Shown here: positions 1-11,701 of the stretch, one piece after another
How positions within the stretch are numbered: position 1 is the first letter of the stretch
Layout of the letters: each line of letters opens with the position of its first letter
Source: Prochlorococcus sp. AG-412-J13
GTDB lineage: Bacteria; Cyanobacteriota; Cyanobacteriia; PCC-6307; Cyanobiaceae
NCBI GenBank assembly: GCA_003214815.1
Contig: QCLE01000005.1
Coordinates: forward strand, 10,724 to 74,723
Reading direction: 5' to 3'
Length of the DNA stretch: 64,000 nucleotides
Notes under the pieces: generated by a model
What the model saw: only the letters and a program-made list of their open reading frames with translations
Databases searched by the model: none
What the model was told of the DNA's origin: nothing
Made by a program: the position numbers and the translations under genes

Positions 1-2
1 TT

Positions 3-1361
3 TTATGTATGTTTAGTGATTCTACTAATGCTGAAGTTCCTGGTTTTTGTCCGTCTGAAAAAACTATTTATCCTTCTTTAGAAAAACATATTTCTGAAGC
101 AAAAGAACGCGTTATTATTACTACTTTTGCAAGCTCTGTCCATAGAGTAACAATGTGTTTGGAACTCGCTATGAAACATGGCAGAAAGGTTGGTTTGTTG
201 GGTAGATCAATGATTAATGTTATCGCTAAAGCGAGAGATATTGGTTATATGAAATGTCCTGATGATCTTTTTGTTCCGATAAAACAAATTAGAGATTTAC
301 CAGATAGAGAAACCTTATTATTAATGACTGGAAGCCAAGGAGAACCCTTAGCAGCTTTAAGCAGAATATCTCGTGGTGAACATCAGCATGTTAGGCTTAA
401 GACTACTGATACCGTGATATTTTCAGCCAGCCCAATTCCGGGAAATACTATTTCTGTTGTTAATACAATTGATAGATTAATGAAACTTGGAGCAAAGGTT
501 GTTTATGGCAAGGGAGAAAATATACATGTTTCCGGGCATGGTTTTCAAGAAGATCAAAAGTTAATGTTAGCACTCGCTAAACCTAAGTTTTTTGTTCCTG
601 TTCATGGAGAACATAGGATGCTCGTTTGTCATGGCAAGAGTGCACAAACTATGGGGGTTCCAAAGGATAATATTTTAATTATTGAAAATGGAGATGTAGT
701 TGAGCTGACACCTAATTCTATTCAAAAAGGTGATCCTGTAAAAGCTGGAGTTGAACTGCTTGATAACTCACGCAATGGGATAGTAGATGCTCGAGTTTTA
801 AAAGAAAGACAGCAATTAGCTGGGGATGGTGTAGTAACTGTTTTAGCTTCTATTAGTACAGATGGGAAGATGGTTGCGCCTCCCAGAGTTAATTTAAGAG
901 GAGTTGTTACTACTGCAGAACCAAGAAAAATGTCTATGTGGACAGAACGAGAAATAAGCTGGGTCTTAGAAAATAGATGGAAACAATTATCCAGACAAAC
1001 TGGGCCGAATAATTTTGAAGTTGATTGGATTGGTGTACAAAGAGAAATTGAAAATGGTTTATCCAGAAGAATGAGAAGAGAATTACAAGTTGAGCCACTT
1101 ATTTTGTGTTTAGTTCAACCTGCCCCAAGTGGAACTCGTGCTTATATTCCAAAGATTACCGAAGAGCAAAATTTCTCTAATAGAAATAGAAATAATAATA
1201 ATTTCCATAAGAAATCAAACAATTATCATCCCAATAATGCAAATAACCCGCAAAATATCCAAAAAAGTCCAAAAGTTTCACAGAATCTACCAGCTGAGAC
1301 TGCTACCGAAGATTCATTTGAAGGTAGAACAAGAAGAAGAAGATCTGCAGTTACATCTTAA
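3..1361 (+). CDS. rnj: Ribonuclease J (5' part outside window)
   Basis: Frame is open off the left edge (LCMFSDSTN). Motifs TTFASSVHR, TGSQGEP, HVSGHG and PVHGE match the metallo-beta-lactamase/beta-CASP RNase J family. Confidence 0.95.
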   Translation, partial: LCMFSDSTNAEVPGFCPSEKTIYPSLEKHISEAKERVIITTFASSVHRVTMCLELAMKHGRKVGLLGRSMINVIAKARDIGYMKCPDDLFVPIKQIRDLPDRETLLLMTGSQGEPLAALSRISRGEHQHVRLKTTDTVIFSASPIPGNTISVVNTIDRLMKLGAKVVYGKGENIHVSGHGFQEDQKLMLALAKPKFFVPVHGEHRMLVCHGKSAQTMGVPKDNILIIENGDVVELTPNSIQKGDPVKAGVELLDNSRNGIVDARVLKERQQLAGDGVVTVLASISTDGKMVAPPRVNLRGVVTTAEPRKMSMWTEREISWVLENRWKQLSRQTGPNNFEVDWIGVQREIENGLSRRMRRELQVEPLILCLVQPAPSGTRAYIPKITEEQNFSNRNRNNNNFHKKSNNYHPNNANNPQNIQKSPKVSQNLPAETATEDSFEGRTRRRRSAVTS

Positions 1362-2368
1362 CTTTTTTCAAAATTTATATAATTTTTATTCCAAACAATT
1401 TTTAAAAACTCTTGCAAGTCAATTTGACCTTTATTTTTTTCATAAATTGAAGTTGCTAATTTTGTCAGATTTTTAGAACTACATTGTTTTGTAGATATTT
1501 CTCTTAAAAATCTATTTAAGATTGTGCACCGTGCTTCAATACATATACTATTGAATAGATTCCTATTGATACCTTTTAAATCTTTACAATATAGGTATGC
1601 TAGTTCACTAAGATCTTTACGTTCATTGTTGTAGTTGCTCATTTTTTGGGAAAAATTATTTATCCTTTCAGAACAACCAGGATAGATACCCTCCAGGTTA
1701 GGAATAATTTTTTTTCTTACTAAATTTCTTTTTAATTTAAGATCTGAATTTGTAGGATCTTCCCATATTGGGATTTTCATATCGTTACAGAATTGTTTTG
1801 TGTCTTCTCTACTGAAAATTAATATTGGCCTTATTAAAAAAATTTGATTTTCTATTAATCTTTTGCTCTCAATATAACTTAGACCGGCAAAATTACTCCC
1901 TCTACATAAATTTAGGATAAATGTTTCTGCGTTATCACTACTAGTGTGACCAGTTAATAAATAAATATTTTTTTTTTGCTGGTTCTTGTTTAATAAATTT
2001 TTAGCTCTTTCACATAATTTTTTATATCTCCATTCTCGTGCTTTTTCTTCTGAAGAAATATCTTCTTTATTTGCTTGATCAAAATAGAATGAAATATTTT
2101 TATCTTCGCAATAACTTTTTAATTCAAGAGCATATAATGAGGATTTTGTGTGCCACTGATGATCACCATGCCAAACACTAATAGTCCAATTATGAAGTTT
2201 TTTTAGGTCATTAATTAGGGTGAATAAGGCCATTGAGTCTTGTCCTCCGGAAATACTTATTAAAATATTCGATCCTTTGGGAATTAATATTTTTTTTGTA
2301 AGAATCTCCTTATGAAGAACATGATGCCATGATGACCAATTTTTCTGAGTTAATTTTTTATCAGACAT
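1358..2368 (-). CDS. tilS: tRNA(Ile)-lysidine synthetase
   Basis: PP-loop SGGQDS, TGHTSSDNAET, RPIL and WEDPTN motifs. Confidence 0.93.
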   Translation of the reverse strand: MSDKKLTQKNWSSWHHVLHKEILTKKILIPKGSNILISISGGQDSMALFTLINDLKKLHNWTISVWHGDHQWHTKSSLYALELKSYCEDKNISFYFDQANKEDISSEEKAREWRYKKLCERAKNLLNKNQQKKNIYLLTGHTSSDNAETFILNLCRGSNFAGLSYIESKRLIENQIFLIRPILIFSREDTKQFCNDMKIPIWEDPTNSDLKLKRNLVRKKIIPNLEGIYPGCSERINNFSQKMSNYNNERKDLSELAYLYCKDLKGINRNLFNSICIEARCTILNRFLREISTKQCSSKNLTKLATSIYEKNKGQIDLQEFLKIVWNKNYINFEKS

Positions 2369-2453
2369 TTTGTGTTGCTCAGATAATATTTTTTAAAAAA
2401 TGCACTGTTTTACTAAAACAATGTCACAATCGGGTAATAAATTCATTAAGTAA

Positions 2454-3230
2454 ATGAGTCTGATTAATCTTTTGCCACAAAAAATTCAAGAAGAGTTAAG
2501 AAGTAAATCTTTACTCAAAGTTATTTCAGGATTGAATAATTTCGATGTTCAATCTGTGAAAATAATTGTTGAGGCTGCATCATTAGGAGGTGCAGATCTT
2601 GTCGATATTGCTTGTAAACATGAACTCGTTGATTTAGCACTTAAGAATTCTTCACTACCAGTGTGTGTAAGTTCAGTAGTGCCTCAATCTTTTCAAGATT
2701 CTGTCAAAGCAGGAGCATCATTAATTGAGATAGGAAATTACGATACTTTTTATGAAAAAGGCATTAATTTTTCAGATAAAAAAGTTTTAAATATTACAAA
2801 AGAGACCAGGGATTTATTGCCTACTGTTCCTTTATCAGTAACTGTTCCTCATACTATGCCTATTGATAAACAAGTTGATCTTGCTGTAAAGCTAGTTGAA
2901 GAAGGTGTTGATATTATTCAAACAGAAGGTGGCACCAGTTCTACTCCTTACTCTCCAGGAATTCAAGGCTTTTTAGAAAAATCAGTACCAACTCTTGCAG
3001 CTACATATGCTATTCATCAAGAATTTAAGAAACAATCTCTGAATATACCAATCATGAGTGCCTCTGGATTAAGCCAAGTAACTTGTCCACTAGCAATATC
3101 CTCTGGAGCCTCAGCAGTGGGCGTTGGATCTGCAGTTAATAAATTAGATGATTTAATATCAATGATTGCGGTTGTTAGGGGCTTAAAAGAATCTTTGAAA
3201 AATTCAATAATTGGAGAAAAAATTTCTTAG
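2454..3230 (+). CDS. ycf23: Ycf23/DUF561 family TIM-barrel protein
   Basis: KVISGLNNF, IEIGNYD, IQTEGG and GASAVGVGSAV are typical of the Ycf23 family. Confidence 0.85.
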   Translation: MSLINLLPQKIQEELRSKSLLKVISGLNNFDVQSVKIIVEAASLGGADLVDIACKHELVDLALKNSSLPVCVSSVVPQSFQDSVKAGASLIEIGNYDTFYEKGINFSDKKVLNITKETRDLLPTVPLSVTVPHTMPIDKQVDLAVKLVEEGVDIIQTEGGTSSTPYSPGIQGFLEKSVPTLAATYAIHQEFKKQSLNIPIMSASGLSQVTCPLAISSGASAVGVGSAVNKLDDLISMIAVVRGLKESLKNSIIGEKIS

Positions 3231-3259
3231 TATAGTTATATCCTTTAGCTACTAGCTTG

Positions 3260-5299
3260 ATGAACAACTATAAGCTTCAAGCTCCTTATGAACCAAATGG
3301 CGATCAACCAGAAGCTATTAAAAAATTAGTTAAAGGCGTTAATACTGGTAAAGAGTTTCAGACTCTTTTGGGAGCTACTGGAACTGGTAAAACATTTACC
3401 ATTGCGAATGTAATTCAACAAACAGGCAGGCCAGCGCTTGTATTAGCACATAACAAGACGTTAGCCGCACAATTATGTAATGAATTAAGGGAATTTTTTC
3501 CAAAAAATGCTGTTGAGTACTTCATTTCTTACTACGATTATTATCAACCTGAAGCTTATGTACCTGTAAGTGATACTTACATAGCCAAAACTGCTTCAAT
3601 TAATGAAGAAATAGATATGCTTAGGCATTCTGCAACACGCTCATTATTTGAAAGAAAAGATGTAATTGTTGTAGCCTCAATAAGTTGTATTTATGGTCTT
3701 GGTATACCTAGTGAGTATTTAAAAGCTGCAGTTAAATTTGAAGTTGGAAAATCAATAAATCTACGTTCTTCTTTGAGGTCTCTCGTTGAAAATCAATATA
3801 CTAGAAATGATATTGAAATTACTAGAGGTAGATTCAGAATTAAAGGTGATGTTTTAGAAATCGGTCCAGCTTATGAAGATAGATTAATAAGAATCGAATT
3901 ATTTGGTGATGAAGTCGAGGCTATTAGATATGTTGACCCTACTACAGGAGAAATACTTGAAAGTTTGGAACAAGTTAGCGTGTACCCGGCGAAGCATTTT
4001 GTGACTCCAAAAGAAAGACTTGAGAGTGCAATAAGTGCAATTAGAAGTGAATTAAAAACTCAACTCGATAAATTTATATACGAAGGAAAATTATTAGAGG
4101 CTCAACGTCTAGAACAACGCACAAAATATGATTTAGAAATGCTTAAAGAGGTTGGTTATTGTAATGGAGTTGAGAATTATGCTCGTCATTTATCAGGCAG
4201 GGAGGAAGGTTCACCGCCAGAATGCTTAATAGATTACTTTCCCAAAGATTGGTTGTTGGTAGTTGATGAGAGTCATGTAACATGTCCTCAACTTCATGCG
4301 ATGTACAACGGTGATCAATCTAGAAAAAAAGTTTTAATAGATCATGGTTTTAGATTGCCAAGTGCTGCAGATAATAGACCTTTAAAATGTGAAGAGTTTT
4401 GGGAAAAATCAAAACAGACATTATTTATAAGTGCAACTCCCGGTCAATGGGAATTAGATCAATGTGATGGTGAGTTTATTGAGCAAGTTATAAGACCAAC
4501 TGGGGTATTAGACCCTGTAATTGATGTAAGACCTAGTGAGGGCCAAATAGAAGATCTGTTATCTGAAATCAGAATTAGAGCTGAAAAGAATCAAAGAGTT
4601 TTAGTAACTACACTTACTAAGAGAATGGCTGAAGATTTAACTGATTTTTTATCTGATAATAAAATAAGAGTAAGATATTTGCATTCTGAAATTCACTCAA
4701 TTGAAAGGATTGAAATTATTCAAGATCTCAGAATGGGCGAGTATGATGTTTTGGTAGGAGTTAATTTATTACGAGAGGGACTAGATCTTCCTGAAGTATC
4801 GTTGGTAGCCATTTTAGATGCCGATAAAGAAGGTTTTCTAAGAGCAGAAAGATCATTGATTCAAACAATTGGTAGAGCTGCGAGACATGTTGAAGGTGTC
4901 GCCTTGCTTTATGCAGATAACTTTACAAATTCAATGAAAAGAGCAATATCTGAAACTGAAAGAAGAAGAACTATCCAAAAAAAATATAACCAGGATAACG
5001 GTATTACTCCAAAACCTGCAGGAAAAAAAATAGAAAATTCAATATTATCTTTTCTAGAACTTTCCAGAAAATTAGATGCTGGTGGTTTATCTAAAGATTT
5101 AATAAATATAGTCAATAATAAAACGGATGTAATTCTCAATGCCAGTGATAATCAATGTTTGCTTGAAGAATTGCCTGACTTAATAGATAAGTTAGAAATA
5201 AAAATGAAAGATGCTGCAAAAGAATTCAATTTTGAAGAAGCAGCAAATTTGAGGGATAGAATAAAAAAATTAAGACAAAAATTGGCAAGAAATAATTAA
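3260..5299 (+). CDS. uvrB: Excinuclease ABC subunit B
   Basis: GATGTGKT Walker [11 protein letters not shown] beta-hairpin, DESH, C-terminal UVR domain. ATG at 3260 preferred over TTG at 3257. Confidence 0.98.
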   Translation: MNNYKLQAPYEPNGDQPEAIKKLVKGVNTGKEFQTLLGATGTGKTFTIANVIQQTGRPALVLAHNKTLAAQLCNELREFFPKNAVEYFISYYDYYQPEAYVPVSDTYIAKTASINEEIDMLRHSATRSLFERKDVIVVASISCIYGLGIPSEYLKAAVKFEVGKSINLRSSLRSLVENQYTRNDIEITRGRFRIKGDVLEIGPAYEDRLIRIELFGDEVEAIRYVDPTTGEILESLEQVSVYPAKHFVTPKERLESAISAIRSELKTQLDKFIYEGKLLEAQRLEQRTKYDLEMLKEVGYCNGVENYARHLSGREEGSPPECLIDYFPKDWLLVVDESHVTCPQLHAMYNGDQSRKKVLIDHGFRLPSAADNRPLKCEEFWEKSKQTLFISATPGQWELDQCDGEFIEQVIRPTGVLDPVIDVRPSEGQIEDLLSEIRIRAEKNQRVLVTTLTKRMAEDLTDFLSDNKIRVRYLHSEIHSIERIEIIQDLRMGEYDVLVGVNLLREGLDLPEVSLVAILDADKEGFLRAERSLIQTIGRAARHVEGVALLYADNFTNSMKRAISETERRRTIQKKYNQDNGITPKPAGKKIENSILSFLELSRKLDAGGLSKDLINIVNNKTDVILNASDNQCLLEELPDLIDKLEIKMKDAAKEFNFEEAANLRDRIKKLRQKLARNN

Positions 5300-5309
5300 A
5301 AAAAATATC

Positions 5310-7070
5310 TTATTTTTCTAATTTGAAATGATTATGAATAGCATTAACTGCTTTGTCACAATCTTTTTCTAAGACAATACATGAAGTTCTAATTTCGCTA
5401 GTGGCAATCATTTCAATATTGATATCTTGGTCAGCCAATGCTCTAAATATTTTCCCAGCCGTTCCAACCTTAAATGCCATTCCCGCTCCTACGGTACTTA
5501 CTTTTGCTATTGCAGGGCCATCTTCAATGTATGAACCTGGTAATTTCATTGTTAAGGTCTCAAAAACTAAGTTAGCTTTTTCTCTATCTTGCTTATTCAT
5601 GGTAAAGCTAATATCCTTAGTTTTTGAAGAGGAAATTCTTTCAGATTGCACGATAGTATCGAAAAGTAAATTATTTTCTGCTAAAGCTAAGCATATCGAC
5701 GCGGCTACACCTGGACGATCAGGAAGTTTTCGAAAACTTACTTGAACTTGGTTCTTATCTAATGCAATTCCTCTTACTTCCGGTTTATCTTGTTTTTCTT
5801 TGATTGGATTAACAAATATTTGTGTATCGGATAACTTAAATTTCTCTGCAACAAATCTAATAGCTTTTGGAATATTATTAATTTCAATTACGCAGCTGAC
5901 TTTAATTTCACTAGTAGCTATTAACCTTACATTTATATTCGCTTGAGATAAAGTATCAAATAAATCAGCTGACACACTTGGTCTACCCATAATGCCTGCT
6001 CCCTGAATACTCAATTTAGTCATGTTTGTTTTTAAATTGTATTCGCCTCCTAATTGACTAGTTATAAGTTCACATTGTTCTGCAGTTTTGTTAACTTCTG
6101 ATTCACTAACAGTAAATGTAATATCGTTATTATTTCCATCATTTGTTGCTTGTATTATTAAATCTACATTAATATTTGCTTCTGAAAGTTTTTCAAATAT
6201 TTGGGCTGCAATCCCAGGTCTATCAGGAATATTTGAGAGACTGAATACCACTTGGTTTTCTAATACTTCAAGACTATTTACTGTTTTTGTTAATTCTAAG
6301 CTTCCTCGTTTAAGGGGAAGAGGTTGGATTTGGCTTTCTAGGAGAGTCCCACTTGAAACGCTTTGGCTTGATTTGACGTATAATTTAATTCCATAATTGC
6401 GAGCAATTTCTACTGCTCTTGGATGCAGAACTGAAGCACCGACACTTGCAAGTTCAAGCATTTCCTCACAGCTAATTTCATCTAAGAGTTTTGCATTACG
6501 AACAATTCTTGGATCAGTAGTAAGAACCCCTGGAACGTCTGTATAAATTTCGCAAGTCTCAGCTCCTAAAGCTGTTGATAAAGCTACTGCGGAAGTATCT
6601 GAACCACCTCTACCCAAAGTTGTAATTTCCATTGAACCCGTATGGCTTAATGTTGTTCCTTGAAAGCCTGCCACTACAACTACAAAACCCTGATTTATAT
6701 AATTGTGGATTCTTTCTGTTTTAATATCCAGAATTCTCGCTTTCCCATGAATTGATTCAGTAATAATTCCAACCTGGCTACCGGTCATTGAAATTGCAGG
6801 TATTCCGTATTCGTTTAATGCCATTGAGAGAAGAGCTATGGTTACTTGCTCTCCAGTTGAGAGCAGCATATCCAATTCTCTTCGATTAGGATTTTTACTA
6901 ATTGCTTCCGCTAAACAATTTAAATCATCTGTAGTTTGCCCCATTGCAGAGACAACTACAACAATTTCATTTCCTGCTTCTTTACTTTGACAAATGCTAC
7001 TTGCAATATTTTTAATTTTTGTAATATCACCGACAGAAGTACCGCCAAATTTTTTTACTAGTAAAGCCAT
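5310..7070 (-). CDS. lysC: Aspartate kinase, long cyanobacterial type with repeated ACT domains
   Basis: VKKFGGTSV, GRGGSDTSA and repeated PDRPG...ATSEI ACT units. Confidence 0.96.
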   Translation of the reverse strand: MALLVKKFGGTSVGDITKIKNIASSICQSKEAGNEIVVVVSAMGQTTDDLNCLAEAISKNPNRRELDMLLSTGEQVTIALLSMALNEYGIPAISMTGSQVGIITESIHGKARILDIKTERIHNYINQGFVVVVAGFQGTTLSHTGSMEITTLGRGGSDTSAVALSTALGAETCEIYTDVPGVLTTDPRIVRNAKLLDEISCEEMLELASVGASVLHPRAVEIARNYGIKLYVKSSQSVSSGTLLESQIQPLPLKRGSLELTKTVNSLEVLENQVVFSLSNIPDRPGIAAQIFEKLSEANINVDLIIQATNDGNNNDITFTVSESEVNKTAEQCELITSQLGGEYNLKTNMTKLSIQGAGIMGRPSVSADLFDTLSQANINVRLIATSEIKVSCVIEINNIPKAIRFVAEKFKLSDTQIFVNPIKEKQDKPEVRGIALDKNQVQVSFRKLPDRPGVAASICLALAENNLLFDTIVQSERISSSKTKDISFTMNKQDREKANLVFETLTMKLPGSYIEDGPAIAKVSTVGAGMAFKVGTAGKIFRALADQDINIEMIATSEIRTSCIVLEKDCDKAVNAIHNHFKLEK

Positions 7071-7109
7071 ATTTAAATAATAATGTAAATTCTTAAACTT
7101 ATAATTTGG

Positions 7110-8111
7110 TTAACTTAAATTAATTAAATTCTCTGTAAAAACATTTATAGGATTATTACCTTGTTTTAGAAATGATTCAATATCTAATAAGCTACTCATT
7201 AAATTAATTAAATATTCTTGCGAGACATTTTTGACTTTTCTTCGAATAAAAAAAATTCTTTTTGGATTAGAAATGCCTGCAAGATTAGAAATCTTTTCTG
7301 CATTATCGTTTCCTGAATTAACTGCTAATTTTATAATGGTATGAATTCTTATTTGACTAATTAAACCTGCATTTAGTCTTAAAGCAGGTTCTCCTTTCTT
7401 TAAGGAATAATTTATTTCAATCAGGCTTTCATTAATATTTTTTTGTAAGAGAAGATCAATGATTTTGAAAATGTTGGATTGATGATCACTAAATATTTTT
7501 TTTACATCAATACTTTTAAGAAAAAGTTGTGAATTCGAATCACTTGATACTGCAGAAAGGTATGTTTTTGCTTTGGCTAATTCATTTAGTAGTTTATAGC
7601 TATCATTTCCAACTGAATCAATAATTAATTCAGCTGCATATTTATCAATTTTGATATTCATTTCATTTGCTGCATCTTCTAAAAATCTTTTTTGTCCCTC
7701 ATAGTCCCAGATTTCTGGTAAAGAAAATGATTTTTCTTTAGCTAAATTATTTTTGATAAGTTTTTGTAAAAATTTAGTACTCTTTAGTCTTGAGTCTGGT
7801 TTTTTTGTATTTTGTAAAATGAAATAAGTATTTTGAGGTATATTGTCATGAATTTTTTCAAATTTAGTTCTTAGATCCTCATTTTTTGCAGTAAAAATTG
7901 GATTATTTTTCAATGTAACTATTCTGTATCCATCTCCAAAAGGAGGTGTAAGAACTTCATCAAAAGCTTTATTGACTTGCTTATCATCATCTCCATTTAA
8001 ATTAGTTACGTTTATTTCTTTCCATTCTTTGGATACTTCCTTATCAATTAATTTTTGAATAAATGTATTTTGAGCATTTAGATCATTACCCCATAATATT
8101 TGTATTGGCAT
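7110..8111 (-). CDS. holA: DNA polymerase III delta subunit
   Basis: MPIQILWGND start, TPPFG motif, length and helical C-terminal region typical of cyanobacterial HolA. Confidence 0.85.
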   Translation of the reverse strand: MPIQILWGNDLNAQNTFIQKLIDKEVSKEWKEINVTNLNGDDDKQVNKAFDEVLTPPFGDGYRIVTLKNNPIFTAKNEDLRTKFEKIHDNIPQNTYFILQNTKKPDSRLKSTKFLQKLIKNNLAKEKSFSLPEIWDYEGQKRFLEDAANEMNIKIDKYAAELIIDSVGNDSYKLLNELAKAKTYLSAVSSDSNSQLFLKSIDVKKIFSDHQSNIFKIIDLLLQKNINESLIEINYSLKKGEPALRLNAGLISQIRIHTIIKLAVNSGNDNAEKISNLAGISNPKRIFFIRRKVKNVSQEYLINLMSSLLDIESFLKQGNNPINVFTENLINLS

Positions 8112-8169
8112 AATCGCTCAATAAAAATCATATATTAACTATGATTACTTCTAACACAAATTAAATTTA

Positions 8170-8793
8170 ATGGTAATAGATCATCCAATTTTTTTGGAAA
8201 GCATCAGATTCATAAGATCTCATTTAGGAGCAAATGATCTAAATTATTTGGAAAAAAAAGTTTTAGAGAGATTAGTCCATACTTCAGGAGATTTTTCAGT
8301 TCAAAATCTTGTAAATTTTAGTGCAGGTGCTTGCGAAAAGGGGCTTCAGGCACTTAAAAATGGTGCTCCGATTTTAACTGATACCGATATGGCTGCAGCA
8401 GCTATAAAATCCATGGCAGAAAATACCATGAGGAATAAAGTATTCACTGCTAGAATGTGGTTTGGAAAAAATAATCATACAAAATTAACTAAAACTGCAT
8501 ATGGCTTAAGTGAAGGTTGGAAGGAGTTATCTGCTATAAATTCTGGAAGCAAATCACCTATTATAGTTATTGGCAGTTCGCCTACAGCTTTAACTTATTT
8601 AATTGATATTTTAGAGAATGCAAAAGATTTACCTAGTTTAATTATCGGAATGCCCGTTGGATTTATTGGAGTAGAGAAAAGCAAAAACAAACTGATTTCT
8701 ACCGATCTTCCTAGAATTGTTTTGAATTCAACTAGAGGAGGTGCTGCCATGGCAGCTGCTGCGGTTAACGCCTTGTTGAGGGAAACTATTTAA
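8170..8793 (+). CDS. cobH: Precorrin-8X methylmutase
   Basis: RLVHTSGD, IGSSPTAL, GMPVGF and RGGAAMAAAAVNAL motifs. Confidence 0.92.
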   Translation: MVIDHPIFLESIRFIRSHLGANDLNYLEKKVLERLVHTSGDFSVQNLVNFSAGACEKGLQALKNGAPILTDTDMAAAAIKSMAENTMRNKVFTARMWFGKNNHTKLTKTAYGLSEGWKELSAINSGSKSPIIVIGSSPTALTYLIDILENAKDLPSLIIGMPVGFIGVEKSKNKLISTDLPRIVLNSTRGGAAMAAAAVNALLRETI

Positions 8794-8824
8794 AAAGTAT
8801 TTATCTTATAAAAATGTCAAAAAT

Positions 8825-11566
8825 CTATTCAATTTCATAATTTAATTTATTATTTTCTTCTAAAGAATTTAAAACTGATTTTGCTTTTTCTATAACTTCT
8901 TTTGGAACTCCTGCTAATTTAGCTGCTTCTATACCGTAGCTTTTGTTTGAGCCCCCTTTTACAATCCTGTGACTAAAAATTAGCTGATCGTTATTTTGTT
9001 CTACTAAAACTTGAAAATTTTGTATATTCTTATTTGAATTTTTTAAATAATTCAGCTCATGATAGTGCGTCGCAAAAATAGTATTACATTGAATTTTTTT
9101 TGCAAGATATTCACTTACTGACCAAGCTATTGAAAGTCCATCAAAAGTAGATGTCCCTCTACCTATCTCATCCAGTAAAACTAGTGAGCTAGAAGTTGCC
9201 TGATTTAGAATTGATGCAGTTTCAGACATTTCTACCATAAATGTTGATTGTCCAGATGCTTGATCATCAACCGCCCCAATTCTTGTAAAAATCCTATCTG
9301 CAATCTTGATTTCAGCATTATTAGCAGGAACAAAGCTACCAATTTGTGCGAGAATTTGTATTAAACCAAGTTGTCTTATAAAGCAACTTTTTCCGCTTGC
9401 ATTGGGACCGGTTAATATAATTAATTTTTGATTCTCCTCAAAAGAGATATCGTTTGCTATAAACTTTTTATCATTTAACAATTGCTCTACAATTGGATTT
9501 CTTCCTGCGATAATTTTTGTACTATTTTTTGTCATTGAATCATTTATTGGTATTAATGAAGGTTTTATAAAATTGTTTTCTACTGATGTAATTGATAAAC
9601 CAAGCAATGCATCAAGAGATGCTATGGATTTTGCGATTGATCTTATTTGTTTTGTTTTTTTAGCAACTATATTTCTTAATTCGCAGAAAATTTCATATTC
9701 TCTTGATGAAGCTTTACTTTTTATTTGGAAAATCTTGTTTTCTTTATTTTTAATTTCTGAAGTAATATACCTTTCTTCATTAGTAAGTGTTTGCCTTTTT
9801 ATCCAATGTTGTGGAGCTAAATTAACTTTTGACTTATTTATTGAAATGTAGTAACCAAAATTTTTATGAAATTGAATTTTTAGGTTTGAAATTTTGCTAA
9901 TTTTCCTTTCTTTTAATTCCTCTTTATTTAGCCACTCAGAGTAATCATCCATTAAATTGCGTAAACCATCTAATATATTGTCAACACCATCGTGGATCAT
10001 GCCTCCTTCACTAATATTTAGAGGTGGATTTTCTATTAGTTTAAAACTTATAGTATCAGCTAATTCTAAGAGTCCTTCATCAATATTTTTTAATTCATCA
10101 GTCCAATCTGGGAGATCATATTTAAATAATTCAATTATGGATTTTAGTCTAGGCAATTTTTTTAAACCTTCCGCTATTGCAATTAAGTCTCTAGGACTTG
10201 CATGACCTGCACAAGCTCTACCTGCAAGTCTTTCTAAATCCCCCATTGCTCTAAGTAAATTTTGGGTATTTATACGTAATTGTTTAGATTCAATAAAGTT
10301 TGAAATTATATTTTGTCTTTTATAAATTTCATTAACTTTTAATAGTGGTGACTCTATCCATCTTCTTAAACACCTTGAACCCATGGAGGTATAGGTTCTA
10401 TCAATACTCCATAGTAGCGAACCTACATATTTGTTTTCTCGTTGTGTATTTTTTATTTCTAAATTTTTTTGAGTTTGATAATCAATAATTAATTTGTTGC
10501 GACAAAATTGAATTTGTGGAAAGTCTAATGAGATTTTCACAGAAGATTCATTATCTAAATTTAGAGGATTAATTTTTTCTAAATAATTTAATAAACCCCC
10601 AAGTGATCTAGTCGCATTGTTTAAATTTTGAAGTCCTATGCCTTCAAGGCTTACAATTTGGAAATATTTTTTTATTAGATAATTTGCTTCATTAATGCTG
10701 AAAGTAGTCTCTTCTGAAACAGTATATGTTATTTGATTATTTCCTTTAATTAATAAATTTCTTACTGTATTGCTTCCTACGATAATTTCTGAAGAATCTA
10801 ATTTAATTATTTCATCAAATAGTTTTGACAGAGATTTACCTTCCATAGTTATTAATTCGCCTGTGCTTACATCAGCTTTTGATATGCCCCATTCATATGA
10901 TTCATTTGAGTTTTCTTCTGATAAGTAAATAGCTGTAATCCAATTATTTTTCTTAGCTATTAACATGCCCTCTTCAATTACAGTGCCAGGAGTTATGATT
11001 CTTGTTATTCCTCTTTTAATTGGAGTCCCGTAATTGCCAGAACTTTTTTCTAATTGGTCGCATATAACGACAGAATAATTTTTTTTAATTAAATCAGCAC
11101 AGTATCTCTCCATTGCATGATGAGGAACACCTGCCATAGGGATCTTACCAATTTCTTTGCCAGCATCTTTACTGGTTAATGTTATTTCTAAAAGGTTAGA
11201 TATTAATACAGCATCCTCAAAAAAACATTCAAAAAAATCTCCCAATCTATATAGCAATAACCTATCTTTATTTTCCTCTTTTAGAGTTACATAATGCTTC
11301 ATTACAGGAGTTAATTTCAGTTTCGAAACTGTTTTGTAACTATAAGATTCTTCATTGATGCAAACATTTTTGTTATTTGAAATTAAGTCAGTCTTGAATT
11401 TATTTATTAAGTGAATTGAATTTTTTCTTTGTCTAGGTCTTTTTTGCGATTCCTTTTTTAAATCTTCCCAAGATAAATCTTCTGGAATTTTTGTTACTTC
11501 TTTTTGCTCATTATTTTCATTATCAATCGTAAATAAATTCTTTTGAATTAACGTATCTTCTTGCAT
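8825..11566 (-). CDS. mutS: DNA mismatch repair protein MutS
   Basis: [10 protein letters not shown] mismatch-binding motif, [25 protein letters not shown] and FATHYHEL. Confidence 0.97.
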   Translation of the reverse strand: MQEDTLIQKNLFTIDNENNEQKEVTKIPEDLSWEDLKKESQKRPRQRKNSIHLINKFKTDLISNNKNVCINEESYSYKTVSKLKLTPVMKHYVTLKEENKDRLLLYRLGDFFECFFEDAVLISNLLEITLTSKDAGKEIGKIPMAGVPHHAMERYCADLIKKNYSVVICDQLEKSSGNYGTPIKRGITRIITPGTVIEEGMLIAKKNNWITAIYLSEENSNESYEWGISKADVSTGELITMEGKSLSKLFDEIIKLDSSEIIVGSNTVRNLLIKGNNQITYTVSEETTFSINEANYLIKKYFQIVSLEGIGLQNLNNATRSLGGLLNYLEKINPLNLDNESSVKISLDFPQIQFCRNKLIIDYQTQKNLEIKNTQRENKYVGSLLWSIDRTYTSMGSRCLRRWIESPLLKVNEIYKRQNIISNFIESKQLRINTQNLLRAMGDLERLAGRACAGHASPRDLIAIAEGLKKLPRLKSIIELFKYDLPDWTDELKNIDEGLLELADTISFKLIENPPLNISEGGMIHDGVDNILDGLRNLMDDYSEWLNKEELKERKISKISNLKIQFHKNFGYYISINKSKVNLAPQHWIKRQTLTNEERYITSEIKNKENKIFQIKSKASSREYEIFCELRNIVAKKTKQIRSIAKSIASLDALLGLSITSVENNFIKPSLIPINDSMTKNSTKIIAGRNPIVEQLLNDKKFIANDISFEENQKLIILTGPNASGKSCFIRQLGLIQILAQIGSFVPANNAEIKIADRIFTRIGAVDDQASGQSTFMVEMSETASILNQATSSSLVLLDEIGRGTSTFDGLSIAWSVSEYLAKKIQCNTIFATHYHELNYLKNSNKNIQNFQVLVEQNNDQLIFSHRIVKGGSNKSYGIEAAKLAGVPKEVIEKAKSVLNSLEENNKLNYEIE

Positions 11567-11671
11567 ACTTTTTTAATTCCTAAATAGATATTAGGTAGAA
11601 ATTTTTTTTTTGCATCTTACAAGTCACTACGAGTATGTAAACTTTTACCAAAAAAAGCATTTTCATGAGAA

Positions 11672-11677
11672 TATAAT
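11672..11677 (+). promoter_or_regulatory. Candidate -10 element for psbZ-ribH
   Basis: TATAAT 24 nt upstream of the psbZ ATG; no clear -35. Confidence 0.35.
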
Positions 11678-11701
11678 AGCCATAAATGTAAATTTTTAAT
11701 T

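Noticed and set aside
1129-1476. 115 aa alternative-frame ORF overlapping the RNase J tail and tilS
   Set aside because: Its Ile-rich composition is just the off-frame reading of AAT repeats; GTG start, no motif, and it overlaps two real genes
7071-7109. Lysine riboswitch before lysC (likewise SAH before ahcY, M-box before mgtE, cobalamin before cobH)
   Set aside because: The spacers are only 30-60 nt, too short, and contain none of the conserved motifs
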